A stretch of 64,000 nt of DNA from Salmo salar (GCF_905237065.1 NC_059464.1:3175803-3239802); one strand, 5' to 3'; numbered from the stretch's first letter, positions 1 to 13,263 are shown. Made by a program: numbers and translations. Notes: generated by a model not told the origin, from the sequence alone.

Positions 1-80
1 AGCAGAACTCGACAGATGAAGAAAGTGACCAGCATGAGAGCGCCATTCACTTTATGAAGAAGAGTGTGCTGCTTCTTGAA
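1..80 (-). CDS. tlcd3b: TLC-domain protein TLCD3B/FAM57B-like, 3'-most exon in window (partial; continues past window start). Encodes FKKQHTLLHKVNGALMLVTFFICRVLL...
   Basis: Acceptor ...tccccctcag|TTCAAG. In frame (phase 0) with the upstream exon. The peptide matches the conserved YKQQHTLLHKVNGALML region of TLCD3B as I recall it. Confidence 0.6.
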
Positions 81-451
81 CTGAGGGGGACAAAGAGAGA
101 TAGAGAGGGCAGCAGCAAGGGAGGGGAAAACGAGAGCAGGGTGAAGGACCGAGAAAGAGAACTTGGGTAAATGTTAACCCAAAATCACAGGAGACAAGAA
201 TGTTAACATGAAAGCTAGTAAGTGAGCACTTCAGAATCAGAAAGACTCAAGTTCTTAGACTGCTGCAAGGAGAGTAAGAGACTGAGGAAGAAAGGTAGAA
301 GGAAGAAGAGGTGTAGAGAGAGAAAGCAGGAGGAAAGAGAAAGAAAGAGCGAGGGAAGGAGAGAGGGAGAGAAAGATTGAGAACGAGACAGCAAAAGGAC
401 AAAAGAAAGAGGGAGAAGAGGGGTTAAAAGAGAGGAGGAGAGGAGTATTAC

Positions 452-547
452 CTGGATGAGGATTTTTCCCAGGCAGACGGACGGAGTGCTGAGTTCAGCC
501 ATGAACATGACACCCTGGAAGTAATCCCCCTTTCCCTGCCTCCAGAA
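452..547 (-). CDS. tlcd3b: TLCD3B-like exon (FWRQGKGDYFQGVMFMAELSTPSVCLGKILIQ), 96 nt, phase 0/0
   Basis: Acceptor ctctctcag|TTCTGG and donor CAG|gtaata. The ORF track entry 215..508 (-) contains MFMAELSTPSVCLGKILIQ. Confidence 0.65.
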
Positions 548-924
548 CTGAGAGAGAGAGAGTAGAGAGAGATGAGATGGAGGGCCATGATATGGCTGAT
601 AAAGTATTTAGACAGATCATTGAAAAAAAAGCTCACAAACACGCACACCTTATCTCCCCGTAAAAACACATGTCCATAGAAGGGATGTTAACATTGGCTG
701 CCAGTAGCAACAGGAGGCAGATGGGGATTGGAGCAGGAATGTCTAGTCTGCAGATGGCAGCCCGTTAGGGACAATTTTAGGGATCAGAAGCCAAGGGTTA
801 GTGTGTGTGTACATGTGCATCATTTATCATGAGCTTTCCCCCCCCTTTAGACATAAGACAGACCGTGGCACGGTAGACTAATAAAAGAGTCCACTAGAGC
901 CACCATAGTTACAGCAATAGTTAC

Positions 925-1150
925 CACGGAGACGGGGAAGCAGATGGTCACCATGACGACGTGGTGCAGCACCATGAGGAACTCTCTGCGCAGGTAGCTG
1001 GCCACTGCCGAGCCCATTGGCTTTGGCCTGCCGCCCTCTTCCTCATGCCCTTTAACCTGCAGCTTGTGCCAGTAGCACAGGAACATGGCGTAGATGTCGT
1101 ACACAAAGTAGGGCACCGCAAACAGGATGTAGGTACTGGTAAGCCAGTGT
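925..1150 (-). CDS. tlcd3b: TLCD3B-like exon (HWLTSTYILFAVPYFVYDIYAMFLCYWHKLQVKGHEE...LMVLHHVVMVTICFPVSV), TLC-domain HH motif
   Basis: Acceptor cctctccag|ACACTGG and donor GTG|gtaact. ORF 847..1116 (-). The LHH..M motif is typical of TLC/Lag1-type domains. Confidence 0.7.
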
Positions 1151-4100
1151 CTGGAGAGGTGTGGCGCAAGGGGGGGAAGAGAGGGTGTGGGGGTGAGAGA
1201 CAGAAAGTGAGAAAGGAGAGAGCGAGAGAGAGAAAGAGGTGTAATAGTTTAAGTTCTATGTAACAATGTGTACCTACATGTACACTGTAGCTGCCTATGT
1301 GACTACCATATAAATACGCTATTGCCTATTTCAGTGCGATGCATCCTGTATGTGAGGCTCTAGCCTAGACGTCAGGGGGTTAAGTGACTGGCCAGGATGC
1401 ACTGCTCTGGGGCACGTGCGTGATTTGGACAGGTTCATGATTTGGTATTCAAATGGGCCGGCACGAGCGCCTCCCGACTTTGACTGGCAAATGAGGCCAA
1501 GGGGGAGGGAGGGAGTCGGTGGCTGGCAGTATCTCTCCCCCTCTCCATTTTTCCTCTCCCTTTTTCTCCCCCGCCTCCTAATTGATGGAGAGACGAGGGG
1601 GAAGAGGAGAGGGAGGGGGAAGAGGTGCAGCTGTGTCACATTGCGAGTTATCTTAAGACAACAGTGTCTGACTCACAGCATCTCACTAGTCTAAAGTATC
1701 TTCCTTTCTTCCTCTCCTCCTCCAACCCAAAACAAACCTTCCACTTTCAGTGTGCATTTTAGTTTTATGTAGTCCACTGTTAACAAAGTTGCAGTTGTAA
1801 AACCAGTGGAGACATGTTTGAGTAGCTACTCCTACAGATCCATAGGAGCATGCTGCAGTCTAGGTTTATGGCTTCTGTGTGACTGCATTACAGATACTAA
1901 AATAGTGCTGCTGGCTTTGGGACAAATAGAGGTTAATTGGGTTGAAATACTAATTAGGTTAACAGGGACAAGGTGAGCAGGGAGAGAATGACAGATTATT
2001 ACGCACACACACTTGAATACTTTATTTGGATCGAAAGTTAAACATACACAGCAAATTGGCCAGTGTTAACTTGTGTTGATTTTTCAATGTCACATTTCTA
2101 GTGTTGATTCAGGAGTTAAATTAACTCTGTAAGATTGAAATTAACACTTAGTGGTGTAAAATAACCCCAATGTGGGGGTTAATAACAAGTGTTGAGTGTG
2201 AGTGTGATTGTGTCAGTTTTACTCTGTGGAGAGTAAAACATTCCCATCAAAACCACCCCCACCATTATCAGATTTCCCAGCATGCTCTACTACCAGGTAA
2301 ACCTTTTTAGGATTGTTTTTAATATCTGTATTTTTGCATGTACATTGACTGATTAATCTCATGCTACACAAAGATAAATTCTAAACTAATCCAATCAGAT
2401 TTATTGCACCATTTACTGAAATGGTTGTTCCAGTTCAAAATGGTTTTGGTCGCGAAAGAAACTCTGGGGAAAAAAATTGCGCTTGGTTCATAGAACCGGG
2501 GTTACGCGAGTGACCTCCGGTAGCCACTAAATGCGGGTGTAAGTTTCCGTTTTCTTCCAAAAAATGTTGCTCTAACTTTTAAACATTAGAAGCCACAAAA
2601 TATTATGACCCCTGAAAATATAAGACTTTCAGAAACACACCTGTCTTCTGTTTCCCTCAGAACAGAGTGGACAGGACCAGGCAATAAATCAGACTGGTGA
2701 AGAAAAAAAAATAACATGATCAATTATGGTTCTTTTCTACACAAAAAATCATACACAATTATTGCCTGATGTTTTCCTAAATCCTGAACTTCCCAAATCC
2801 TTTCTGATGTATTTCAAACCATACTTCTGACTGAAATAGTATTACAAATCAGTCTAAAACAATGTTTGACAAGCCGTCATAGCTCCAATTAAAAAAGTAA
2901 AAACATTGTTTGTTGATTACGGCACTTTTTTACATGGTGGGGTTACGAAACATTTTTTATATCAAAATGGGGTCACGGACCAATAAAGTTTGGGAACCCC
3001 TGCTTTAGGTAGTCTCCTCACAATGTTACTAACCCTAACAGTCATTCTGAATGCAGATGCGGGTGAATAAAAATTCCAACTGGTGGATGTCCTAACTGGC
3101 TGAATTCCAATAGGAATCATACATCACTTTGCAAGTCAGCAGAATGTGACTTGCAGGCCTGATGTGGCCTGTAAACCAGGAGGTTTCTAACACCACCGTG
3201 GTAGGGTAAAACTTGGCCATCAAACTAAGGCTTTATGATATATTAAATGTATTGCCCTAAAGAGCTTAATTTTAATGATAACATTTGTCTACAGTAGGAA
3301 CTCATTTGGTGGTCCACAGGACTAAAAATGAACAAATTCAACAACCATGTCTCTGTCACCAACAAATACAGTCATGGGTGGTAAACTCCACAATTTACTC
3401 GAAAAAGCAAGACACACTGGGAAATTATATTGGAGGAGTGGCTTAGTGGGGGTGTGGCTTTCAATGAGTTGTTTTTGGCAAGTAAAGTCATACCGTATAA
3501 AATAAAAAAAATCAAGATAGCTGTGATGGAAATAGGTAGTTTAGGTACAATTTTATAAATGCCAACAGATAATTTGTTCGTTGGACATGGTGTGATTTTT
3601 TTGTGTTGGTAAAATTAATTATTTGAGAAAGTGTGGTGGAAATGCCTTTATGCGCAAATATTTATATAATAACCATCATATCAAAGTAAACTTGGAGTCA
3701 CGAGATGATATGGTGTGCGGTCCTCCCACTATGACTCGGGAAAACATGCAGTTAATTAAGCTTCAGATTAAGTAAATTATGATTAACTTCACAGGGTGGT
3801 GAAAGTGCATGGTGATTTTGATGCTGCTTTCCAATAAATATTGTGGGTCTTATTCTGGTGACACAACACCATTTGACAAATAAAAATATTTATTACATTT
3901 ATTATCAATAATAATCTCATCATGTAGACTAGCCTACCCACACTGTATCTGCAAGCTGTTGGCTAGAGCGCACATGCCAAGACCAGAGTAGTTTGTGACA
4001 AAACTATCCGCAGAGTTTAAAATACGATGGAAAAACATTGAACTTTAGACTTTTATTTGGTACATGAAAACTTAAGTGAAAAAGCACATTGTGTGCACTA

Positions 4101-4689
4101 CGTCATCACACAATGACTTTTATCTGCAACAAGGTCATTTAGTGGGAACCCACCGCTGGTGGGAAAATATGCAGATTTTCTTTATGCAGATTTTAGAATA
4201 TTTGCATGAAAATCTGTCGCCAATTGGATGGAAACCTAGGTAGTGTTGATTTAACACTGGAAAATTTGCTGTGTAGTTAAGGACCAAAATATTTTAGACA
4301 CACCTCTTCGACGCACACAGTCACACACACACACAGGGCCATGCACAGACTTTTTGGGGGGCATGTGCTCAAACAAAAAAATATTTGTAACTGCGGTTAA
4401 TGACTCGTTGAGCAATGACTGATTATTTAGTTACATAAAAGCAATTGATGGCAACATCTTAATGGCTAATTAAATTACACATATTTAACAACGACTTGCG
4501 GGCAATTGGTTCAGAACAACAATGACAAAAACTGTATACCCAAAACAAAAGGGCACTTTAGAGACTGGAAGGGCAAAGAGGCATAGGCTCTTCCTGTACA
4601 GAGCACATCTGTGCAGGTGCCTGCAAACATACATACACACACACAACTTTACAGCAACTACTACTGCATTATCATTATTTTGTAATTAC

Positions 4690-4773
4690 TGATCCTCGAC
4701 GATGTCCTCACAGGAGGATGCGATGATGTAGCCAGCTGAGGAAGCCATGATGGCTTGGATGGATGACACCAGC
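4690..4773 (-). CDS. tlcd3b: TLCD3B-like exon (LVSSIQAIMASSAGYIIASSCEDIVED-Q), 84 nt
   Basis: Acceptor ccccactag|GCTGGTG and donor GATCA|gtaatt. The frame is continuous with the flanking exons (phase 2 in, phase 2 out). Confidence 0.65.
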
Positions 4774-5003
4774 CTAGTGGGGAGAGAGAGGGCAGAGAGT
4801 GGGGTTTCAATGTACATATTTATACCCATAACTCCATAGAAAAAAAGTATTGACATTCAACAATGTAAACCATAGCAGAATAGTATAAAATGTCAAGCAA
4901 AGCAGAATAGCATAAGATAAGGTATGATAGGTCTGCATAGTCCTCACATTGACTCATCTGACTTGTGTGTATGTGTATCTGACTTGTAAGTGTGTGTGTG
5001 TAC

Positions 5004-5128
5004 CTGGCAGACACAATGGTGGCCTCTCCCTCGCTCAAGGCCAGGCCTGGGTTGTGTTTCAGGCATCTCTTAGACAGCAGGAACAGGCCCGGGAAGAAGA
5101 TGGAGCCAGCAGCCAGGATGCTCAGCAT
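5004..5128 (-). CDS. tlcd3b: TLCD3B-like first coding exon in window: ATG at 5128 (MLSILAAGSIFFPGLFLLSKRCLKHNPGLALSEGEATIVSA-R)
   Basis: ATG lies 5 nt after a possible acceptor cactcag|GGACC. Donor CCAG|gtacac. The peptide resembles the TLCD3B N-terminus (M...VFPGLFLLSK...AVIVSARLVSS). The exon may extend 5' as UTR. Confidence 0.55.
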
Positions 5129-5136
5129 GGTCCCTG

Positions 5137-5168
5137 AGTGTGTGGGTGTGTGTGTGTGTGTGTGTGTC
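5137..5168. repeat. (GT)n microsatellite immediately 5' of the TLCD3B-like start codon
   Basis: gtgtgtgggtgtgtgtgtgtgtgtgtgtgtgtc. Confidence 0.9.
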
Positions 5169-7289
5169 TCAACAGGTACCTCACCACTGCCCTCAAACCA
5201 CTTGACAAGTGGGAAAGGTTGAATGACTGATCTATGCAGGGTACTCTCAAAGCTATGGTAGCAGTTTCCAATTATCATTTGCTGCTAGATGTTTGAAGGT
5301 ATTGATAGCTATATCGTTAGAATGAGTGGCAGCGTGTAAGTACTGTCAATAGAACACTAGTACAGAATTCTAGTAGTGTTATCCTAGTTATGTTATGCTA
5401 GTAGTAATGTTATGCTAGTGTTTTGCTAATGCAGTATGTAGTAAAATGCTGTATTTGTTATTAGTAGGCTAGTTTTGGGGATATTTGGGGAATGAAAATG
5501 GACTTGCTAGTGGTTACGGTTAATGTTAATAAAATAGATGCATCAGGAAAGAGAAGGCTACGATAAAGCTGTGGGTGGTATGTTTGTTAACTCCCCACAC
5601 CTCCCTCCCAACCCCCTGCTCATAACCAGCAGAGGCCTGGTGGCTTCTGGGTCTACACACACACAAAGACAGACAGAGAGACAGAGAGAGAACAAACAGA
5701 AGATGGGGGGGGGGGGGCAAAGAGAAAAAAATATTAATTACATCTATTTCACACACTTTGATTAAGAGTTCAGTAAATGTACAATAAATGAGTTATATGC
5801 ACATAAAACTGTTCAACTGTCAGCATATAGTTTCTACGAATGTCACATTTATTCAGTGTCATCATGCAGCCTTTAAAACATGATCAAAATCGTATCCACT
5901 CAAGTGTGTAGACAGCCCTACACTACACTCTAATCTCACAAATGCTGACAAATCCATTGACTACACTGTAGGTGTCATGTATCGCTGGCTGTACCAGTTG
6001 TGCTACATGACTCCGGTGGGGAATGAATCAATTTAGGTTTTCCACTGTCATTGCTCTCTAGGTAAATGCATGTACTCAGTGGGACTGGAGAGACAGGATG
6101 AATAGGTGGAGAGGGAAAGGTGGCTGAAACCAAAATAGATTTAGAAAAGGATTAGAAAAGCAGGAGATTTAGACAGAGTACAGCTGGGAGAGAGGGAATT
6201 AGAGAGAGAGAGAGAGAGAGGGAGATGGGGTGACAGTTGACAAAGGGGAGTACCTACAGTACAGATGAGAATTGATGAGGGGTGGGGTGGAGGAGGATGT
6301 TGTTGGGGCGGGGCCCATTGTTTCATCCTAGTCTATGTTGGACAATAGGGGTTAGGTGATGCACCATCACAATATAACAACAGGTTCATCCAACAACCAA
6401 CAAACGGTTTTGATTGACGGGCTAAAGGCCTATCTGGACATAATATAAATACTTGCAGATTTATCTTGGCTAGCTGAATTTTTTTGGTCAGCACAGCAGT
6501 ACATAGGCTACACCTCCTAACTGTAGGCGACCAACAATTTACAGGGTGGAATAAAAAAGAAAACAAAAATAGTCCCCCTCCATAACCCCGTCCCCTATGA
6601 TGCCAAGCATATCTTGACGTTGTTATATACAGGCTCACTTCACTCAAAACCTAGCTGGCAAGCCCGTGCAACAACGTGTCTCAGACTCAATTATCAAAAT
6701 ACGCAATGCGAGTAAGTAACACGGTCCTCCTCTATTAAAAAATTAAAACGGGGACAAGTCTGTGTTGCACTAAATAGCAGTTATCACGACCCATTAAGTC
6801 AACTCAACAACACATTATTTTGAAAATGGCTTGTGCCGGTCTTTGGAACGGCTCCAAATCTGCATAGGCTAACCTTTGTCATATGTTGCCTACTGTAGTC
6901 CAGTGTAGACTACAAACTGGACAAATCAATGTAACTATTTGTGTGTGACTGCGAGCTCGCTTATATTTGCATTCAATACATTTTTTTTTACCTGGAGTCG
7001 TTTCATGCACAAGAGTGATTGAAGGTTGTGGGCACGCGGTTTGCCTAGTATGAACACATGCAAGGGATAGCCTATTTTCAGTTTTTACAGACAATGCATG
7101 CTTGCTAAGGGTGACAGATTATTCAGGCCTGTATAAACTAAAGCGTGACTGTTTGCGACAGACACAACATTTATTACAGACATATTGAGTTTCTTGCCTA
7201 ACCTCGGAGCAGGATGGTGAGAACGAAGAAGACTTGGGTGTTGAGGTAATAAAAGGGAGAGTAAAAAAGAAAAGGGATGGATAAGCTAA

Positions 7290-7800
7290 ATTTACATTCG
7301 GGTGGTGAGGCGTCCCGTTCTGCGGCCCGGTCGGTCGGATCAAGGGGAAATCAGTGTGTTGGGTCCTGGTTGTAGCCTACACGTCGAGAATTGTTCCACA
7401 TTATTATTGTGTTTTGTTGCCTTATTCCGTGTTCTGGATATCTGCAAGAAATCAGAACGTGCGTCAAGCAAGACAAATTGATGTGTGTGTCCTCCCCGCT
7501 TCTGGCGTGTGCTTTCTGTATTGGTCCGAATCAGAATATGACTCCCTCCCCGACGTGCTGCCTTCGGATCGTTGCTTCAATAATTGTATTTCTGAGCGGC
7601 AAAATGCTTTTGAAGTCGATGGCTCTCTCGAGTGTTTTGATTTATATTGCGAGGGCACAGCTCTTCTCGCGTTTGGCCGCCGCACTAGCCTACTGATATC
7701 TGAACAGTTATGCCATATCAACCGACCTTATTGCTTGCCCGATACATTCACTGTGAAGTCTTCAGCTGCATATTATTTTATGACCTGTCGCACTGGATCC
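7290..7800. promoter_or_regulatory. CpG-island-like segment, about 2.2 kb 5' of the TLCD3B-like ATG; candidate promoter or alternative first exon
   Basis: CpG density is locally high (gtcccgttctgcggcccggtcggtcgg ... cgacgtgctgccttcggatcgttgc ... ctcgcgtttggccgccgcac), unlike the AT-rich surroundings. Confidence 0.3.
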
Positions 7801-10800
7801 GTTGTCGTAGAACTAATTTCAGCAAACAGTCTAGGAAAAAAAATCCTAGTGTATGCATGATACAGTCCCGCTGTGGATAAAGTGTAGCCATTAAGCCGGA
7901 TACATAACCAGCTCGCTGTCACCTCTATCTCCTCCCCCTTGCTCCCGGGTATGGTAGGCTTTGAGGTCGCCCCATAGGCTATGACTCCTAGGACTAGCCG
8001 TGCTGTGATAGCCTACTGCTGTCCCTGGATAAAGTATTTTATTTTATTTTCAAGGGCAAAGGTCTTTAATAGCCTACCCGAAGTTATTTTCAGATAAAGC
8101 TGGCTAGGAAAAACTCCTTAGGTTTTACAAGACATCAAACTGCAAGCTGACAAACCGTTGGTTGAATTATTCATTTGACTATTTTGAGAAAGTCAGATAA
8201 AACTGTAAAAGTTCCAGAAACAGTGGGGTCCGCTAAACTACCCAGTCTACAGTGGTTAATTAGGTCTATAGGCCTACAGCTCTCTAAACATTTCTGATCT
8301 TGGAAATTATGTTTAGCACCTGGATAGAACATATAAAAGCAATCTAATGTGCACAACCTCTGCAGGTCAACCTGATAACCTGTACAATAATGTGTGATAA
8401 ATTGGGTAACACTTTACTGAAAGATAGACACTTGTCAAATGTATAAACTGATTATATCTCAGTATCATATATAGGATATAATGCAATAGGCATAATAACC
8501 AGAGTTATCAGACATGTTGGAAAATTGCCATATAGAAAGAGAACATATAACTTTCTGAACACAAGAAAAAGTATACAACCAAAAAATAAAAACATTGTAT
8601 GGGGCAAAAATAACTTGTAATTTGAGGCAGCAGCCCTTAAGTCAACAACCTGATACAGTACAATTTAACCCCCTCCCCATTGATAAGCGGACAGACACCA
8701 CACAGGAATATTATCCAGTGACTATGCATTTATTCATTCACTACTTTACTCTTGTCGTTTTTTTTTAAGAAATTCAAGTATTTGTTGGGAGCACAAGTCC
8801 AAAACGTTTCCTAAACATCATGACAAAAAAAAAAAACCAACCAACAGAATTTTAACATTTTCAAAACAGCAGTATTCAACATCGGTTTCATATTCAGAAT
8901 AATCAAAAAACACAAGTATCACTTTTTTTCTTATCATCAGAAACATTTCTAACATCTACATTCCCAGGTGTAGTCTTCTCTCCAGTGCCTATTGAGCTCA
9001 TGAACAAAGGATATAGACCTGCTTCTTTTTCCTTCAGTAGATGCATCCCAAATGGCACCCTATTCCCTATATAGTGCACTACTTTTGACCAGACCCTCAT
9101 TAGTAGTGCACTACAAAGGGAATAGGGTGTCATTTGGGATGGATCATAGATCTGATCTGAAGAGAACTGGACATCTGAAAGAAAATCCCTAACGGTGCTT
9201 CTCTCTGATACATTGCTTTAACCATTGCTTTAGCTGGGTCATACTCCTTAGTGCACACTGTAGGAAAACATTTTGCAACAAGTTTCTTATTGGACAAGTT
9301 CAAATAGTCCCTCCCAGTTTTAGTCAGTTTTATTTTTTTGGTGCCTAATGAATATGACCCTGCTATAAAAGGCGAACAGAGACGAGACGACAGTGTGAGG
9401 GGGATAGAGAGAAGAAAGGAGTGTGTGAGGGAAAGAGACGGACCCTGGTGAGCTCTTCTAAAACTCAGCCTGCTTGTGCTCTCTACTAAAGACAATAGCA
9501 AAGTTGTGAAACCAAAAAATAACTTTTTAAATGGATCACATCACAAAACATAAAAATATGAATCATATTTCCTAAAATCTAATTAATTAACATCACCACA
9601 AGGAAGGCTTGTCCATGGCGACAACTCCCATTGCACTGCATTCAAATCCAAAAGCCTCCTCCTTTTTTTTTATTTTTATATATCATAAATACAGACATGC
9701 AGGTTTAAGTGAAACATTCTGGCAATCCCCCGTCAACCCCTTAGCCTACACTTAGCACACAATAGCACCATCAGGTGGCGGGACAAGGGCCTGACCACTG
9801 CCATGATGGCAATGCCAACTAGCACAGTACAGCGTCTTCAGGAGCCTTATTTTAGTTAGTACTAGCTCCAGTCAGAGCTTCAGCGCACAGAGCTTTGCAG
9901 TTCCTCTTTGTGGAGAAAAAAAAGAGTTGAGGCACACTGTTATTGGTGAATAATATCTGTGTGTATTTGCGTGGTCGGGTCCACAGTCTTTGCAATGGAA
10001 CACCTGAGCCGTGAACTCAACTGGAAATGAACCAAAAACCAATAAAGGAAAAACAAAATACAGCAGCATTTCACCAATACATTTCAACAAGCTGTTCTTC
10101 CTGTCATCTGTCCCTCATCCTCCATCCCTCTCTCCAAGAGGGAGCGACAGAGGTTAAGGAGGACAGTGATTTAGTACAAAGGAATGACATCACGTTACAG
10201 TGCGTAGTAGTTGAGTTGGGTCTATGTACACTTTACCCAGTAGACTCTCTCTGGGTTCCCTTTTTGACTCCAACATTTTTTGAGGTAATGAAATCATTGA
10301 AGCCGAAAACTGCACTTTCCCTTAAACTCTACACACAGACACACGTGAGTTCGCGCACACACACACACACACATACTGAAAGGGCTGACTACTCAGTACA
10401 TGGGGACAACACGTGCTTTAGCTCGAACCGCCACTCACAGAGAAGCTAAAAAAATTAAAAAAAACACAAATTAAAATATAAAATAATATGATTTTAAAAA
10501 CATGAGCGAGGCTCCATCTGCCTCAGAAGCCGTGGCCCCACCCAATCAAAGAATGCGGTCAATTTGTTGTCTAGGAAATGGTTTGATCTTATGGACGAGG
10601 GCAGATTGGGAGGGAAGATTCACAAGTAGCACGGAGTGAACCTCAAGGCCAGAGGTTGCATTGTAGCGCAGATCTAAAACCAGTTTACCGAAGATATTGA
10701 GAATGGGTCCAGTGAAACTATCAAACCAAATTTTATGGAATCGATGATAAAGGTAGGGTCATCAATGTAACATTAACATGACTAAGTCACTGAGAGCACA

Positions 10801-11527
10801 GGTAAGAGAGTATGGTGTCGCCAGGAGCACGTTGCTTAGACACTTTATCATATTGCACGAGGCTGGAATGACTTCAAAATTAACAGAGCAGAACAATTAT
10901 TCAACATAAATTAATTAAACAGTTATTCCTTTGTCTCTACCTTCAACCACATTTGGAGCACAACACAACCAACTTCAACTCTTCTAGTAATAAATGTTTC
11001 CAATTTCCCTCTTCTACCACTCTTCCTCTTTATTCCTTTTTTAAAATTCAGCAGCACATTTTAGTTTTCAGCATTGGGGAAATGCCTATAGCGTTGGTGT
11101 AGTCAAGTCTTCACCAGTGTCAATAGTCGTTTTCATAGTTGGGAACTGTAGTTTTCATTGAAGGGAAATGTACTCTTTAGTAAAAAATGAGCATTTCCTC
11201 TGACACTGTTCTTCTCTCTGAGAGGCTGGCGTACTGTTTCATTCACACCTCCCCTCCATCCAGAGAAACCCAAACCTATCTCTATTATATTGACCAAAGC
11301 AAGTCTTGTTCTTTTTTATCAAACTGAATTTCCCATGATTGTTCTTGAACATGAACGATACTCCCCTTCATCTCTCCTCCTTCCTGGAGACTTTGGAGGA
11401 ATGCCACGCAGTAGACCTGCGAGATCGAGAAAGATAAACAAAGAAAGAGAGATGTAGATAGTGCATGGCAAAATAGTATTTTAAGCTGTATGTATATTAG
11501 TTGTGTTCATCCCTCCCTTGGTGTTCC

Positions 11528-11625
11528 TCACCTGATGAAGGTCTTGAAGGCGGCACTCTGGGGGTTGATGCACAGCGGCACTCGTTTCCCCTGCTGGTGC
11601 TCTGTTATGAAGCGATGGATGAGCT
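11528..11625 (-). CDS. nlk: NLK (nemo-like kinase) exon 10, last coding exon incl. stop (ELIHRFITEHQQGKRVPLCINPQSAAFKTFIR*)
   Basis: Acceptor tctatcag|AGCTCATCC. ORF 11528..11869 (-). The peptide is a near-exact match to the conserved NLK C-terminus. Confidence 0.85.
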
Positions 11626-11773
11626 CTGATAGAGCGAGAGAGAGAGGAGAGATTGCGAGAACGAGATCGCAACAGGCCATCAATTTCAATAACAAGCTGG
11701 GTTGGAAAAAAGTCAAAGAGAAGAGAATTGAAGAGAAAGAGGAGTAGAGGGAAGAGCACCAGATAGCTCCTAC

Positions 11774-11972
11774 CTTTGCCCTGCCAGACAGAGAGCAGGC
11801 TGTTATCGTAGCTGTGGCTGAAGTTGCGGTCGGCGGGCGGTTCAAAGTCCCGCGTGTACACACGCCCACTGGGCACCGAGTAGCAGCACTGACACATGCA
11901 CGTGTGGTAGCGCAGACGGCCCTCGTCCAGGTAGGGGTGGGAGAGGGCGTCGCTGCCCGAGATCCGTTTGGC
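11774..11972 (-). CDS. nlk: NLK exon 9 (AKRISGSDALSHPYLDEGRLRYHTCMCQCCYSVPSGRVYTRDFEPPADRNFSHSYDNSLLSVWQGK)
   Basis: Acceptor gtgactcag|GCCAAACGG and donor AAAG|gtagga (phase 0 in, 1 out). ORF 11481..11987 (-). Confidence 0.85.
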
Positions 11973-12156
11973 CTGAGTCACACACATGGAAAGAAAGTTG
12001 GTCCCTCTCTAATCTTGTATTTTCTCCCTTACTGTAGCTAGCTTTTCCTTCTCAGGAGGTTGCTAGCTACATTTTCAGCTTTTGTTGCTTAAAGTTAAAA
12101 CTTCCCTATCAGAGAGGTAGCCAATTGTGTGACAATAGACTTCTGTCTGTACTCAC

Positions 12157-12243
12157 CGGATCAAACACCAGCATACGACACAACAGGTGCACGGCCTCGT
12201 GGGTCGCCCCGTCCGACAGCATATATAACACAGACAGCGACGG
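12157..12243 (-). CDS. nlk: NLK exon 8 (PSLSVLYMLSDGATHEAVHLLCRMLVFDP)
   Basis: Acceptor ccccctcag|CCGTCG and donor GATCCG|gtgagtac. 87 nt, phase 0/0. Confidence 0.85.
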
Positions 12244-12399
12244 CTGAGGGGGAAGGGAGGGGGAGAGATTTTACATCATGAACTGCTGCACCTGGTTTTA
12301 AATAAGGATTGTGGGTGGGGTATAGATTAGATAATATCTGGGCCCAGTTTCACAAAAGCATCTTAAGGCTAAGTTCACCAATTAACTTAGTCTTCCAAG

Positions 12400-12620
12400 A
12401 TGCTTTTGGGAAACAGGGCCATGAGCAGTAATATTTTGGCACCCTTGCACGATTCTCTATTTCTTCAAAAATATATATTTTTGGGGGGGGGGGGGGTATT
12501 AACCTTAACACAAACACGTTTGGCAGGAAATGCCAAACGTGTGTTTGTGTTTAATACCCCCCAAAAAAAATTTTTTAAGAAAGAGAGAATCGTGCAAGGG
12601 TGCCAAAATAGTGTCAATTT
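12400..12620. repeat. ~220-bp near-perfect palindrome (hairpin / MITE-like) with a G16 tract in the left arm; centre at ~12525
   Basis: The left arm tgcacgattctctatttcttcaaaaatatatattttt-G16-tattaaccttaacacaaacacgtttggca is the reverse complement of the right arm tgccaaacgtgtgtttgtgtttaataccccccaaaaaaaattttttaagaaagagagaatcgtgca. Confidence 0.85.
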
Positions 12621-13263
12621 TCTATGCATAGCCTACAATCCAAGTATAAAAACTATAAGAAATTAATTTTATATAGCATACACCATCCCAATAAATCCAT
12701 TATTTATTTTAGACAGGTCTAAAGAAACATGATGAAGAAAATGTAGGCTATTTCAGAAAAACAGAATAGCATATTCTGAGTTGTCCTTATGTTAGGTCCT
12801 GATCTGGCTATGCCATATGGCTGTGAACTACACTAGTTAATTTAGCAGACAGGATTTGCTTAGAATTCCGTGGCATTCTTTTATAGTATGAAGAATACAA
12901 TTGAACATAGCTGAATAAAATAGAAAGCATATTTTCCACCAAACGATTTCAGAGGAAGTGAAACATGTAAGCTATTCAGTGTTGAGCGGTTAACAAAGAA
13001 ACAGGGGCTCCTATATGTTTCATTTGTAGTTCTTTTTGCAACTTTAGTTGTGATACAAACTTAGAATGCATTAAAAATCTAAACATATAGCTTAAGGCTG
13101 CATGATGAGACAAATGACTTAAAAAAGTCACATGAAAGACATGAGCTCTTCTCCTTGCAGGCTGCATTCTCTCATTCACAATTTGACAAGCACTTGATAA
13201 TATTCTGACCCATCAAACTATTCTTCATTTAAATCTGGTCTTTACATATGGCAATATACAATA

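Noticed and set aside
961-1263. 100-aa plus-strand ORF
   Set aside because: It is antisense to the well-supported TLCD3B-like exon at 925-1150.
2441-3003. Possible MITE with caaaatgg... termini in the TLCD3B intron
   Set aside because: The terminal similarity is direct, short and weak. No TIR or TSD could be confirmed by eye.
7354-7860. 168-aa plus-strand ORF (MCWVLVVAYTSRIVPHYY...)
   Set aside because: It has no recognisable domain or conserved motif and odd composition. It lies in the CpG-rich putative promoter/UTR region and is probably a chance ORF.
10027-10449. 140-aa plus-strand ORF downstream of the NLK stop
   Set aside because: It lies in the presumed NLK 3' UTR on the opposite strand, with no domain signature. 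Likely spurious.
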